Shown here: positions 1-8,712 of the stretch, in pieces
How positions within the stretch are numbered: position 1 is the first letter of the stretch
Layout of the letters: every line of letters starts with the position of its first letter
Source of the DNA: a virus
Taxonomy: Duplodnaviria; Caudoviricetes
Length of the DNA stretch: 64,000 nucleotides
Direction: 5' to 3' (one strand)
IMG/VR virus record: IMGVR_UViG_3300005611_000006
Notes under the pieces: model-generated
Seen by the model: the letters and a program-made list of their open reading frames with translations, nothing else
The model's database searches: none
What the model was told of the DNA's origin: nothing
Program-made: the position numbers and the translations under genes

Positions 1-1899
1 ACTAACGATACTTGGAGTGGTTGGGCAGAAGTTTGGACTTCAAGTACAGATGGTGCTGGTTCTGGTCTTGATGCTGATAATCTTGATGGTTACACTTGGG
101 CATCTTCCGGTAAGCAGGTCCGTGCTAGCGACTTTTATGCAGATAATTGGTTCCGTAATTATAATGCGGGAGAAGGACTTTATAACGAAGCAACCGGATG
201 CCATTTTGCTTCAGACGGAACAGACCAATGGACGGTAAGAGATAGTGGCAACAGTATAAGAATTGAGTTCAAAACAAATGGAACGACTCGTAGAGCAAGT
301 CTTTATGCAGATAATGGTTCTTCTATTGGATTTCTAAATGCGGCTAATCAGTGGGGTCTTCGTTATTTGTCAAATGATGGAAACTCTCCAAACCTTTATT
401 TCATGGAAGAAGCTAATGAAAGTTGGACAGGAAATCCAGGAAATGATGTTGGTAAGATTGAATACCACTCCAATCGTTTCTATATTGCTGCTGGAGCAAA
501 TTCTACAGAAATTTGTGTTTTTCGTAGGAGTGGTGCTGATAGAGTAAGGATTGATAATTCTGGTAATATTAATTTAGTATCTGGATATGTTAATTCACCG
601 ATTGGTGGGAGGTTTGCTAGACCATCAACTTTGTGGACCGGAGAATATTATGGAATAACAAATCTAGGTGGTTTATATACTGAAGGGTCTTATCGTGTAA
701 CGTTATCTTGTAATGGATATCGTAATAGTAGTAATCAGTGGACATCATATGGAGCAAACGGGAATACTGGTGCAGCTACAGTAGGTTTAGATCCAAGTGG
801 TCAAATATTTTTTGGTGTAGAGTCTAATAAAGTAAATGGAAGTGCTTCTGGAGTTACACTACTATTAACCATTAAGCCTGATGGTCTTCATAACCAAAGT
901 TGGTACAGAGCTTATGGAAATAACGGATATTATTTCCAAACTCATGGTGGGGGTTGGAATATGACAGACACCACCTGGATAAGATCTTATGGTAATAAGT
1001 CAATTTATAACAACACCGGAGCCATAAGAACTGATGGAACCCTCCAGGTGGGATCCAATGGAGCAACAATGAATGTTCCTAATGGTGGAACGCCAACTAT
1101 CAATAGCAATGTTATTTGGCACGCAGGTAATGATGGGCCTGGTACAGGTTTATATGCTGATTATTCTTATAGAAATCTTATATTTTATTCTACTAATGCC
1201 GCACAAGTTCCGGTTGTAGGTACTGATACAGTTTGGAGTAATAATACTGCAGATTATACTGCAAGATTAACAAGAGGTCCTGGACAATTTAGTTTTAATA
1301 GAAATGGTGGCGGAGTGGAGATAGGAGGAAATTTAAAGGCTCAAGGAATTTATGACTCTACTAACGGAACCAATGCCTTAGTCAGAGTTAATTCTGATGG
1401 TCTTCTTAGACGAGATAGTTCTTCTAGAAAATATAAAACCAACATTGAAGATATTCAATATTCATATACTGAAAACTTTATTGACAATTCAAGACCTATT
1501 TGGTATCAAGCATATATCCCAGATCCAGAATATCCTCAAGAATATTTGGATTTTCTACCAGAGGGTAAGGAACCAGAGCTTGAAGACTGTTATAATTTTG
1601 TAATTGGTTATAATTTTCAAGGTGGTAATATTGAGTGGGATTATCATTCAAAATGTCATAATGAAGGAGTAAATACTGATTATGGATGGTGGGGATTTAT
1701 TGCCGAAGAACTTGCTGAGGTTGATCCTCGACTAGTTGTATTTGATGAAAATCAAGAACCTATTGCAATTAATTACGATAGATCAATTCCACATATTATT
1801 ATGGAACTTAAAAAGAAACGTCAAGAAGTAAAAGATCTACAGGAATTGGTAGGTAATTTGGTATCAAGAATTGAAGCCTTAGAATCTTCAAACACTTGA
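1..1899 (+). CDS. Tail fibre protein, C-terminal part (5'-truncated by window edge), ending in an intramolecular chaperone (peptidase S74-like) domain
   Basis: Frame 1 is open from base 1 (TNDTWSGWAEVW..DGAGSGLDADNLDG). Has the WHAGNDG fibre motif and a C-terminal SSRKYKTNI...GFIAEE...YDR followed by a coiled coil. Confidence 0.85.
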   Translation, partial: TNDTWSGWAEVWTSSTDGAGSGLDADNLDGYTWASSGKQVRASDFYADNWFRNYNAGEGLYNEATGCHFASDGTDQWTVRDSGNSIRIEFKTNGTTRRASLYADNGSSIGFLNAANQWGLRYLSNDGNSPNLYFMEEANESWTGNPGNDVGKIEYHSNRFYIAAGANSTEICVFRRSGADRVRIDNSGNINLVSGYVNSPIGGRFARPSTLWTGEYYGITNLGGLYTEGSYRVTLSCNGYRNSSNQWTSYGANGNTGAATVGLDPSGQIFFGVESNKVNGSASGVTLLLTIKPDGLHNQSWYRAYGNNGYYFQTHGGGWNMTDTTWIRSYGNKSIYNNTGAIRTDGTLQVGSNGATMNVPNGGTPTINSNVIWHAGNDGPGTGLYADYSYRNLIFYSTNAAQVPVVGTDTVWSNNTADYTARLTRGPGQFSFNRNGGGVEIGGNLKAQGIYDSTNGTNALVRVNSDGLLRRDSSSRKYKTNIEDIQYSYTENFIDNSRPIWYQAYIPDPEYPQEYLDFLPEGKEPELEDCYNFVIGYNFQGGNIEWDYHSKCHNEGVNTDYGWWGFIAEELAEVDPRLVVFDENQEPIAINYDRSIPHIIMELKKKRQEVKDLQELVGNLVSRIEALESSNT

Positions 1900-1926
1900 C
1901 ATTCTTCTAAAAATTTGTTATAAATA
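1896..1926 (+). promoter_or_regulatory. Overlapping sigma70-type promoter and T4 late promoter
   Basis: TTGACA(1896)-17 bp-TATAAA; TATAAATA at 1919-1926. Confidence 0.6.
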
Positions 1927-1954
1927 AGTGAGAATTAATTTATTTAAATCTGAA

Positions 1955-2176
1955 ATGACTGATCAACAGCAACATCTTAAATCTTTACTAGATCAAAGAA
2001 ATAATCTGAATAATGAAGTTAATAACTTGAACAATGCTCTTTCAGCAAAAAAAGAAATGTTTTTGAAAGTTCAAGGTGTAATTGAATATCTTTCTGAAAT
2101 TGGAGTAACTCTTCCAGAAAACGAAGAATCTTCTAAAGAGGAATCTGAAGTTAAAGAAACTACAGTAGTTGAATGA
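1955..2176 (+). CDS. Hypothetical coiled-coil protein
   Basis: ORF 1928..2176; ATG at 1955 is the more plausible start, downstream of the promoter. Confidence 0.7.
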   Translation: MTDQQQHLKSLLDQRNNLNNEVNNLNNALSAKKEMFLKVQGVIEYLSEIGVTLPENEESSKEESEVKETTVVE

Positions 2177-2454
2177 ACATGAGTATTACATATACAGTAG
2201 CAGACTATCAACAAGAAGACAAAACTGTTGAAGTAACCTATACAAATAGTGTGGGATTTATTCATAAACGTACTGTTAATATTCCACATCTAGAAGATGG
2301 TTCAATTGACCAAGAAGAACTTGAAAATATTTTTGAAGGACAACTTCTTGGTGTTGAGAACAAAAATAGATTGGGAGTTATTCAATTTGTTGACCCAAAT
2401 CCACCAGAAGATCCAGACGATCCTGCTGTAGGTATTGCAAGCACCTCGATCTGA
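2173..2454 (+). CDS. Hypothetical protein, possibly fibre-associated
   Basis: 93-aa ORF, ATGA overlap with the upstream gene. Confidence 0.7.
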   Translation: MNMSITYTVADYQQEDKTVEVTYTNSVGFIHKRTVNIPHLEDGSIDQEELENIFEGQLLGVENKNRLGVIQFVDPNPPEDPDDPAVGIASTSI

Positions 2455-2463
2455 TATTAAGAC

Positions 2464-2497
2464 TTGACAGGGAATGTGATTCATGATACTATAAATA
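2464..2497 (+). promoter_or_regulatory. Dual psbA promoter (sigma70-type plus late)
   Basis: TTGACA(2464)-17 bp-TACTAT(2487) with extended TG; TATAAATA at 2490-2497. Confidence 0.75.
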
Positions 2498-2534
2498 AGT
2501 CAGGAAACGAACACATTTCCTTAAACTCTCATTA

Positions 2535-2640
2535 ACCGAGACCTATGGGGAGTATAAACAAGTCTCTAATACCAACACTGGAGGGTGGTGTTGGAATACT
2601 ATAAATCGTACGTTCCCCCGTACTACTACTTACCCTTTAA
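2535..2640 (+). ncRNA. Structured psbA 5' leader, likely PhotoRC-II RNA motif
   Basis: Stems GAGAC/GTCTC, CCAACACT/GGTGTTGG and GTACG/CGTAC, with complementary loops GGGGA/TCCCC; lies upstream of a phage psbA. Confidence 0.7.
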
Positions 2641-2644
2641 CGAA

Positions 2645-3727
2645 ATGACTATTACTACTATTGCACAACGCAATACTTCTACCACTTGGGAATCCTTCTG
2701 CGAGTGGGTTACTTCAACTAACAATCGTCTTTATGTAGGTTGGTTTGGAACTCTTATGATTCCAACTCTTCTTGCCGCAACTACTTGTTTCATTGTTGCT
2801 TTTATTGCAGCACCACCAGTAGATATTGATGGTATTCGTGAACCAGTCGCCGGTTCTTTAATGTATGGAAATAATATTATTTCTGGCGCTGTTGTTCCTT
2901 CTTCCAATGCAATTGGTCTTCACTTTTATCCCATTTGGGAAGCTGCTTCTCTCGATGAGTGGCTATATAATGGTGGTCCTTACCAATTGGTTGTGTTTCA
3001 CTTTCTGATTGGTGTATTCTCTTATCTCGGTCGTGAATGGGAACTCTCTTATCGTCTTGGAATGCGTCCTTGGATTTGTGTCGCTTATTCTGCTCCTGTT
3101 GCCGCTGCTTCTGCAGTTTTCCTTGTCTATCCTTTCGGTCAAGGTTCCTTCAGTGATGGAATGCCTCTTGGAATCTCGGGAACGTTTAACTTCATGCTCG
3201 TCTTCCAAGCAGAACACAATATCCTTATGCATCCGTTCCATATGCTTGGTGTGGCTGGAGTATTCGGTGGGAGCCTCTTTAGTGCTATGCACGGAAGTCT
3301 GGTTACTTCTTCTCTCGTTAGAGAAACGACTGAAACCGAGTCCCAGAACTATGGATACAAGTTCGGTCAAGAAGAAGAAACATACAATATTGTAGCTGCT
3401 CACGGTTACTTCGGTCGTTTGATCTTCCAATATGCATCTTTTAACAATTCTAGAAGCTTGCATTTCTTCCTCGCTGCGTGGCCAGTGGTGGGAATCTGGT
3501 TTACCGCCCTCGGCGTCTCGACCATGGCTTTCAACCTCAATGGATTCAACTTCAACCAGTCCATCATTGATGGTCAGGGACGAGTCCTCAACACCTGGGC
3601 AGATGTGCTCAACCGTGCAGGACTTGGAATGGAAGTTATGCACGAAAGAAACGCCCACAACTTCCCGCTTGATCTTGCAGCAGCTGAGTCCACACCTGTG
3701 GCCCTGACTGCTCCTACTATCGGTTGA
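2645..3727 (+). CDS. psbA: Photosystem II D1 protein
   Basis: [36 protein letters not shown]; 360 aa from ATG 2645; Glu130 form; no intron. Confidence 0.99.
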   Translation: MTITTIAQRNTSTTWESFCEWVTSTNNRLYVGWFGTLMIPTLLAATTCFIVAFIAAPPVDIDGIREPVAGSLMYGNNIISGAVVPSSNAIGLHFYPIWEAASLDEWLYNGGPYQLVVFHFLIGVFSYLGREWELSYRLGMRPWICVAYSAPVAAASAVFLVYPFGQGSFSDGMPLGISGTFNFMLVFQAEHNILMHPFHMLGVAGVFGGSLFSAMHGSLVTSSLVRETTETESQNYGYKFGQEEETYNIVAAHGYFGRLIFQYASFNNSRSLHFFLAAWPVVGIWFTALGVSTMAFNLNGFNFNQSIIDGQGRVLNTWADVLNRAGLGMEVMHERNAHNFPLDLAAAESTPVALTAPTIG

Positions 3728-3746
3728 TATGATAGATGGTAGTTTT

Positions 3747-3776
3747 AACCCCCTCACAATTGTGGGGGGGTTTTTA
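3747..3776 (+). terminator. Rho-independent terminator after psbA
   Basis: AACCCCCTCACA-AT-TGTGGGGGGGTT hairpin followed by a T run. Confidence 0.8.
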
Positions 3777-3823
3777 TTAGGTATTTCTTCTATTGCAATT
3801 CCATTACTTTGTGTGATACTATT

Positions 3824-4150
3824 ATGATTGGTAAACTTGACCCCGAAGAAAATGTTATGAAAGATGTCATTAAAGATTATTGGTCGATAAGTAAAGATAA
3901 GTTTTTTGCTTGGAAGTCTAATGGAATAATGGATTTAGTTCAAAGTTCAATTGAAACTCTTGGATGGGATTCTTCAGACAATATTGCTGTTGAAATTGGT
4001 GGTACTCAAGTCTATGAGATTGATGGTGCTGGTACTAAATGGGCACCAACAAAAGGAACAAGAAAGTACAATAAAGATGCTTTTATTGTGATTAAAAATT
4101 TAGATCGCAATCCTACAATTTCTTCAAAATTAAATAACGAGGATAAATAA
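3824..4150 (+). CDS. Cyanophage-type hypothetical protein between psbA and psbD
   Basis: ORF 3809..4150, probable ATG at 3824 (MIGKLDPEE); TTGCAA/TACTAT promoter-like pair immediately upstream. Confidence 0.75.
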   Translation: MIGKLDPEENVMKDVIKDYWSISKDKFFAWKSNGIMDLVQSSIETLGWDSSDNIAVEIGGTQVYEIDGAGTKWAPTKGTRKYNKDAFIVIKNLDRNPTISSKLNNEDK

Positions 4151-4155
4151 AAAAA

Positions 4156-5217
4156 ATGGTAGCTTCAACATTAACACAACAACAATCACAACGAGGATGG
4201 TTTGATGTCCTGGATGACTGGCTTAAACGAGATCGCTTTGTCTTTGTGGGTTGGTCTGGACTCCTTCTTTTTCCCACTGCTTATTTGGCAATTGGTGGCT
4301 GGCTTACTGGCACGTCGTTTGTTACAAGCTGGTACACCCACGGGTTGGCGTCTTCCTATCTTGAGGGTGCTAATTTTCTCACGGCAGCAGTGTCAACTCC
4401 TGCTGACGCTATGGGTCATTCTCTTCTTCTACTTTGGGGTCCTGAGTCTCAAGGAGATTTCGTCAGGTGGTGCCAACTTGGAGGGCTTTGGTCCTTTGTT
4501 GCTTTCCACGGTGCATTCGCCCTTATTGGGTTTATGCTCAGGCAGTTTGAAATTGCTCGTCTCGTAGGGATTAGACCGTACAATGCGATTGCTTTTTCGG
4601 GTCCTATTGCCGTATTTGTTAGTGTATTTCTCATCTACCCTCTCGGACAATCGAGTTGGTTCTTTGCGCCGTCCTTTGGCGTTGCGGCGATATTCAGATT
4701 CTTACTATTTCTACAAGGATTTCATAACTGGACGCTCAACCCCTTTCATATGATGGGAGTTGCTGGTATACTTGGGGGAGCACTTCTTAGTGCAATTCAT
4801 GGCGTTACAGTAGAGAATACATTGTATGAAGACGGTGATCAAGCAAACACTTTCAAAGCTTTTGACAGCACCCAAGAAGAAGAAACTTATTCAATGGTTA
4901 CTGCCAATCGTTTTTGGTCGCAAATTTTCGGTATTGCATTCTCCAATAAAAGATTCCTACATTTTCTGATGCTTTTCGTTCCAGTTATGGGACTTTGGAC
5001 TTCTTCTATTGGTATTATTGGATTGGCATTTAATTTGAGGTCTTATGAATTTGTGAGTCAAGAAATCCGTGCTGCTGAAGATCCAGAATACGAAACATTC
5101 ACAACAAAAAATGTGCTTCTTAATGAGGGCATTAGAGCGTGGATGGCTCCTGTAGATCAACCAGGAGAGCGTTTTGTCTTTCCTGATGAGGTTCTCCCGA
5201 GAGGGAATGCCCTCTAA
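4156..5217 (+). CDS. psbD: Photosystem II D2 protein
   Basis: [39 protein letters not shown]. Confidence 0.99.
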   Translation: MVASTLTQQQSQRGWFDVLDDWLKRDRFVFVGWSGLLLFPTAYLAIGGWLTGTSFVTSWYTHGLASSYLEGANFLTAAVSTPADAMGHSLLLLWGPESQGDFVRWCQLGGLWSFVAFHGAFALIGFMLRQFEIARLVGIRPYNAIAFSGPIAVFVSVFLIYPLGQSSWFFAPSFGVAAIFRFLLFLQGFHNWTLNPFHMMGVAGILGGALLSAIHGVTVENTLYEDGDQANTFKAFDSTQEEETYSMVTANRFWSQIFGIAFSNKRFLHFLMLFVPVMGLWTSSIGIIGLAFNLRSYEFVSQEIRAAEDPEYETFTTKNVLLNEGIRAWMAPVDQPGERFVFPDEVLPRGNAL

Positions 5218-5251
5218 ATAATAATGCTTGTTTGTGGTTATTCAAGCAAAC

Positions 5252-5278
5252 GAAGGGGTCCATAAGACCCCTTTTTTA
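5252..5278 (+). terminator. Terminator after psbD
   Basis: AAGGGGTC-CATAA-GACCCCTT followed by a T run. Confidence 0.8.
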
Positions 5279-5289
5279 ATGTAAACTTG

Positions 5290-5297
5290 TATAAATA
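5290..5297 (+). promoter_or_regulatory. T4-type late promoter
   Basis: Exact TATAAATA 22 nt upstream of the endonuclease ATG. Confidence 0.75.
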
Positions 5298-5319
5298 ACT
5301 GTAACCACAAACAAAGCAG

Positions 5320-5952
5320 ATGAAATACTACACTTACGCATATTTGCGTGAAGACGGCACACCTTATTACATTGGTAAAGGTAAGGGAAATAGAATAAAT
5401 CTTAAACATAGAAGACGCAATACAAAACATTTTAGTCCTCCCAATGATAAAAATAGAATCATTTTTTTAAAACAAAACCTTACAGAAGAGGAAGCATTTA
5501 AACACGAAAAATATATGATTTTTGTGTTTGGTAGAAAAGATTTAGGGACAGGTATTCTTCGTAATATGAGTGATGGTGGAGAAGGATCTTCTGGATTTGT
5601 TATGAGTGAAGAAGCAAAAAGAAAATTGAGTATTTCTCATACTGGAAAAACTAAATCACTTGAAACCAGAACAAAAATGAGTGCTGCCAGTAAAGGTAGG
5701 AATATTGGAAGAAAGCATTCTGAAGAAGATAAGATAAAAATGAGAGGGAATACTGAAGAAAAATGTATTCATTCTAAAACTTATAGAATAACTTTTAATA
5801 ATGGTTATGTGATTGAAAGGAATAGTGTATATCGTTGGGCAAAGAGTGAAGGATATAGTCCACACCACATATATGCTATGGCATCTGGCAAAAGAAATAA
5901 ACATAAAGATATTGTATCTGTGGAAAAGGTAGAAAATCTGGAAGCACTCTAA
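5320..5952 (+). CDS. Free-standing GIY-YIG homing endonuclease with NUMOD3 repeats (Seg-like)
   Basis: YYTYAYL...PYYIGKG..R; conserved E and N; NUMOD3-like KSLETRTKMS and HSEEDKIKM. Confidence 0.85.
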   Translation: MKYYTYAYLREDGTPYYIGKGKGNRINLKHRRRNTKHFSPPNDKNRIIFLKQNLTEEEAFKHEKYMIFVFGRKDLGTGILRNMSDGGEGSSGFVMSEEAKRKLSISHTGKTKSLETRTKMSAASKGRNIGRKHSEEDKIKMRGNTEEKCIHSKTYRITFNNGYVIERNSVYRWAKSEGYSPHHIYAMASGKRNKHKDIVSVEKVENLEAL

Positions 5953-6009
5953 ACCACTTCCCCAACCATCACAGCACTCCTTTACAGGGGTGCTTTTTTA
6001 TTGTATAAT
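5951..6009 (+). repeat. Promoter/stem-loop repeat, copy 1 (PeSL-like)
   Basis: ACCACTTCC..AACCATCACAGCACTCC-TTTACA-17 bp-TATAAT with hairpin AGCACTCCT/AGGGGTGCT and a T run. Confidence 0.85.
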
Positions 6010-6032
6010 ACTCTTAGTGCTAATGGGGTAAT

Positions 6033-6320
6033 ATGATGACTGAATATGAACAAAAACTTTACGATGTAATTGCAAATTGGTGGGATGAACTATTTTGTTG
6101 TAATCCAGCACCATTAGATCGTGATGGTGAGTATCTTGACAAGAACTCCACTATCATTGATCTTGTCAAATCTATCAGTGATATAGATGACTGGGATAAA
6201 CCAATCCGCGAAGGTGTTGACCCTTACAATCTAACTGGAAGAGACCCAACACAGTCTGTATGGAAGAATGGTAAACGTCCTTCCCCAGATTATTACGAAT
6301 TGTGGAGTACAAATGAATGA
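6033..6320 (+). CDS. Hypothetical protein
   Basis: 95-aa ORF directly after the repeat promoter. Confidence 0.7.
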   Translation: MMTEYEQKLYDVIANWWDELFCCNPAPLDRDGEYLDKNSTIIDLVKSISDIDDWDKPIREGVDPYNLTGRDPTQSVWKNGKRPSPDYYELWSTNE

Positions 6321-6331
6321 CTGATATTTGA

Positions 6332-6577
6332 ATGATGACTAAAATCCCTATGAAAGCGATCACGATCACCTATACTAAAACGTGGTCTGTTGTGCCTGAA
6401 TCTCATATGTTTGAGGACTGGGAATGTCCACCAGACCAAGAAGCATTTGAGAGTTTTATGCTCAGTGAGTTGTTTGATGATATCTTCCATGAGATGAAAG
6501 GTGGAACTCCTATGGACTACACTGATGTTCGTCAATTTGAAGATGTTGTGGTAAATTGGGAGAGTGAAGATGACTAA
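6332..6577 (+). CDS. Hypothetical acidic protein
   Basis: 81-aa ORF in a tightly packed operon. Confidence 0.65.
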   Translation: MMTKIPMKAITITYTKTWSVVPESHMFEDWECPPDQEAFESFMLSELFDDIFHEMKGGTPMDYTDVRQFEDVVVNWESEDD

Positions 6578-6731
6578 CCTAAAAATTGAAATTGAACTAT
6601 CCAAAGATGTAGATTATCCTGGTCAAAAACTGGGTGATTATATTTGGAATTTAGAAGAGGGTGATAATCACGTTACTGGATTTTGTGACTCCGTTGGTGA
6701 ATGTTTTGAAGAAATTATTAGACACAGGTGA
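6570..6731 (+). CDS. Small hypothetical protein (53 aa, below ORF-track cutoff)
   Basis: MTNLKIEIEL...CFEEIIRHR; overlaps the upstream stop and fills the gap. Confidence 0.55.
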   Translation: MTNLKIEIELSKDVDYPGQKLGDYIWNLEEGDNHVTGFCDSVGECFEEIIRHR

Positions 6732-6774
6732 TTTCAAATGAAAATTATGAATCCAACTAACTCCAGCAAGGACA

Positions 6775-6975
6775 ATGACTGAATGGGATGAAGTTGCCGA
6801 TGTTAAGTTTCAGGAATGGTTCAGTGAGATCTATGGTAACTATTCTCATCGGTGTGAATGGTTTTATGGTGACTGTGAAGTAGAAGATGAGAAAACACGC
6901 AAAGATCTAATGATTAAATGGTTGCACTCTGCATACCTAACAGGTTATAATACTGGGAGATGTTCCAATGACTGA
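6775..6975 (+). CDS. Hypothetical protein
   Basis: 66-aa ORF with AGGA RBS. Confidence 0.65.
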   Translation: MTEWDEVADVKFQEWFSEIYGNYSHRCEWFYGDCEVEDEKTRKDLMIKWLHSAYLTGYNTGRCSND

Positions 6976-7102
6976 AGAACAACAAGAACTGTATGACATC
7001 ATAGCGGACTGGTGGGATAAAATCTTCACTGAACCCACCAAAGGTCGGTCTGCTTGTATTATTGATTTAGTTAATTCTATTATTGAGTCGAAAAACAAAT
7101 GA
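6968..7102 (+). CDS. Small hypothetical protein (44 aa), paralog of 6033..6320
   Basis: MTEEQQELYDIIADWWDKIF..IIDLVNSI matches MTEYEQKLYDVIANWWDELF..IIDLVKSI. Confidence 0.65.
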   Translation: MTEEQQELYDIIADWWDKIFTEPTKGRSACIIDLVNSIIESKNK

Positions 7103-7422
7103 GTATTCCTAATTTCAAATCTAATCACGACTGGGAAGCATTTACCCAGATCTTTGATAGTCAATGGCATTGTAAAAGAGCATTGCTGAATCGTGTCAAG
7201 AATGATTTGTTCCCTGAATATAAGTCTTGGGAACAACTTACGGCACAACATATGGAAGTGATCAACGATATCGTATCCAATCTTGTCTACGAGTGTGAGC
7301 GTCAGTTCAAAGAGACCCATCAGGACTATAAGACTGATGATGATGACATCTTCATTCCCTATCGTTCTTTCAAAGAGAATGTAACAGAAGCATTGAAAGA
7401 GGCTCTAAAGGAGGAAAACTGA
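7099..7422 (+). CDS. Hypothetical protein
   Basis: 107-aa ORF, ATGA overlap. Confidence 0.7.
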   Translation: MSIPNFKSNHDWEAFTQIFDSQWHCKRALLNRVKNDLFPEYKSWEQLTAQHMEVINDIVSNLVYECERQFKETHQDYKTDDDDIFIPYRSFKENVTEALKEALKEEN

Positions 7423-7478
7423 CCACTTCCACAACTGTCACAGCGCCCTTTACATGAGGTGCTTTTTTATTGTATAAT
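7421..7478 (+). repeat. Promoter/stem-loop repeat, copy 2
   Basis: ACCACTTCCACAACTGTCACAGCGCCC-TTTACA-18 bp-TATAAT. Confidence 0.85.
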
Positions 7479-7501
7479 GACTTTGTAGTCAATCAAATCA
7501 A

Positions 7502-7924
7502 ATGACCTCTTTCTCCCAGACCATGAAGACAAAGTTTTTTGCCGAAGGGCGCGAACTTCCTGGTTGTGTAAATGATGGTTGTTGTAATAAAGTGACTGTT
7601 CGTGAATGGAAGTATTGGAGTTTCAAATCTGAATGTTCTCGTTGCACTAATGCTCGAAAGAAAGGAAAAACTATTCCTGGTGTAAATATTCACAAGAAAG
7701 AATATTGTGAAAACCATAACGGACAACTTGGATTTGAATGCCCTGTTCCTCGTGATGGTTGGATTGGTTTTCAGAACTCTCTTGACCTTGACCATCTTGA
7801 TGGAGACCATTATAATAATATTCCAAGTAATGTGAAAACTTTCTGCAAACTTTGTCATGGTAAAAAGTCACTTGAAAATGGTGATTGCAATTCAAATAAA
7901 TCTTCTGCTCGCAATATTGGATGA
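7502..7924 (+). CDS. Zn-binding HNH endonuclease
   Basis: LDLDHLDGDHYNNIPSNVKTFCKLCH; several Cys pairs. Confidence 0.8.
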   Translation: MTSFSQTMKTKFFAEGRELPGCVNDGCCNKVTVREWKYWSFKSECSRCTNARKKGKTIPGVNIHKKEYCENHNGQLGFECPVPRDGWIGFQNSLDLDHLDGDHYNNIPSNVKTFCKLCHGKKSLENGDCNSNKSSARNIG

Positions 7925-8712
7925 ATAAAATCTTACTCGGAGACTCTCAAGAAGTCTTAAAAACTATTGGTGATGATACTGTGCATCTTACTTGCACTTC
8001 TCCTCCATATTACAATGCAAGGTCTTATTCTATTTGGCCTACCTATGAGGAGTATTTGCAGTTTCTAACTAATGTATTTGAACAGGTCCTACGGGTTACT
8101 AAACCTGGAAGAATGTGTGCCGTCAATCTATCCCCTGTGATTCAAGCAAGAGAAAGTAGAGCACATGAGAGTAAGAGACTTGCTATTCCATTTCATTTCT
8201 TTTCCCTGATGGAGAAGATGGGATGGAAGTATATCGATGATATTGTATGGGTAAAACCAGAAGGTGCGGCTATCAATCGTAATGGTGGTTTTTACCAGCA
8301 TCGTAAACCAGTTGCATACAAACCTAATATTGTAAGTGAAACTATTTTTATCTTTCAGAAACCAGCAGACTTCTTGATTGATAAAGTTGTTAGATCATAT
8401 GAAGGTGATGTATTGAAACAGTCTTTGGTGAATGAAGAATATGAAAGATCCAATGTTTGGAAGATCAATCCAGAGACTGCATCCAAACATCTTGCACCAT
8501 ATCCAAAAGAGTTGAGTGATAAAATTGTAAAATATTATTCTTATGTTGGTGACTTGGTTTTAGATCCTTTTATGGGTTCTGGAACTACTGCTATCTCCTG
8601 TGTGGATAATAAAAGGCAATACATTGGAGTGGAACTGCATCAAGAATATGTTGACATGGCAGAAAATAGGATTGCAAAGTTTTCACCACTTGATAAATTT
8701 CTAGAAGACTAA
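7921..8712 (+). CDS. Beta-class amino DNA methyltransferase (probably N4-cytosine)
   Basis: Motif IV TSPPY near the N-terminus; motif I DPFMGSGTT near the C-terminus; H.A.YP. Confidence 0.92.
   Translation: MNKILLGDSQEVLKTIGDDTVHLTCTSPPYYNARSYSIWPTYEEYLQFLTNVFEQVLRVTKPGRMCAVNLSPVIQARESRAHESKRLAIPFHFFSLMEKMGWKYIDDIVWVKPEGAAINRNGGFYQHRKPVAYKPNIVSETIFIFQKPADFLIDKVVRSYEGDVLKQSLVNEEYERSNVWKINPETASKHLAPYPKELSDKIVKYYSYVGDLVLDPFMGSGTTAISCVDNKRQYIGVELHQEYVDMAENRIAKFSPLDKFLED

Noticed and set aside
2585-2644. N-terminal extension of D1 from GTG 2585
   Set aside because: Overlaps the structured leader; ATG 2645 gives the canonical 360 aa
2963-3757. 264-aa antisense ORF over psbA
   Set aside because: In-register shadow of a conserved, codon-biased gene; no recognisable protein features
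2645-5217. Group I intron in psbA or psbD
   Set aside because: Both ORFs are continuous and of normal length
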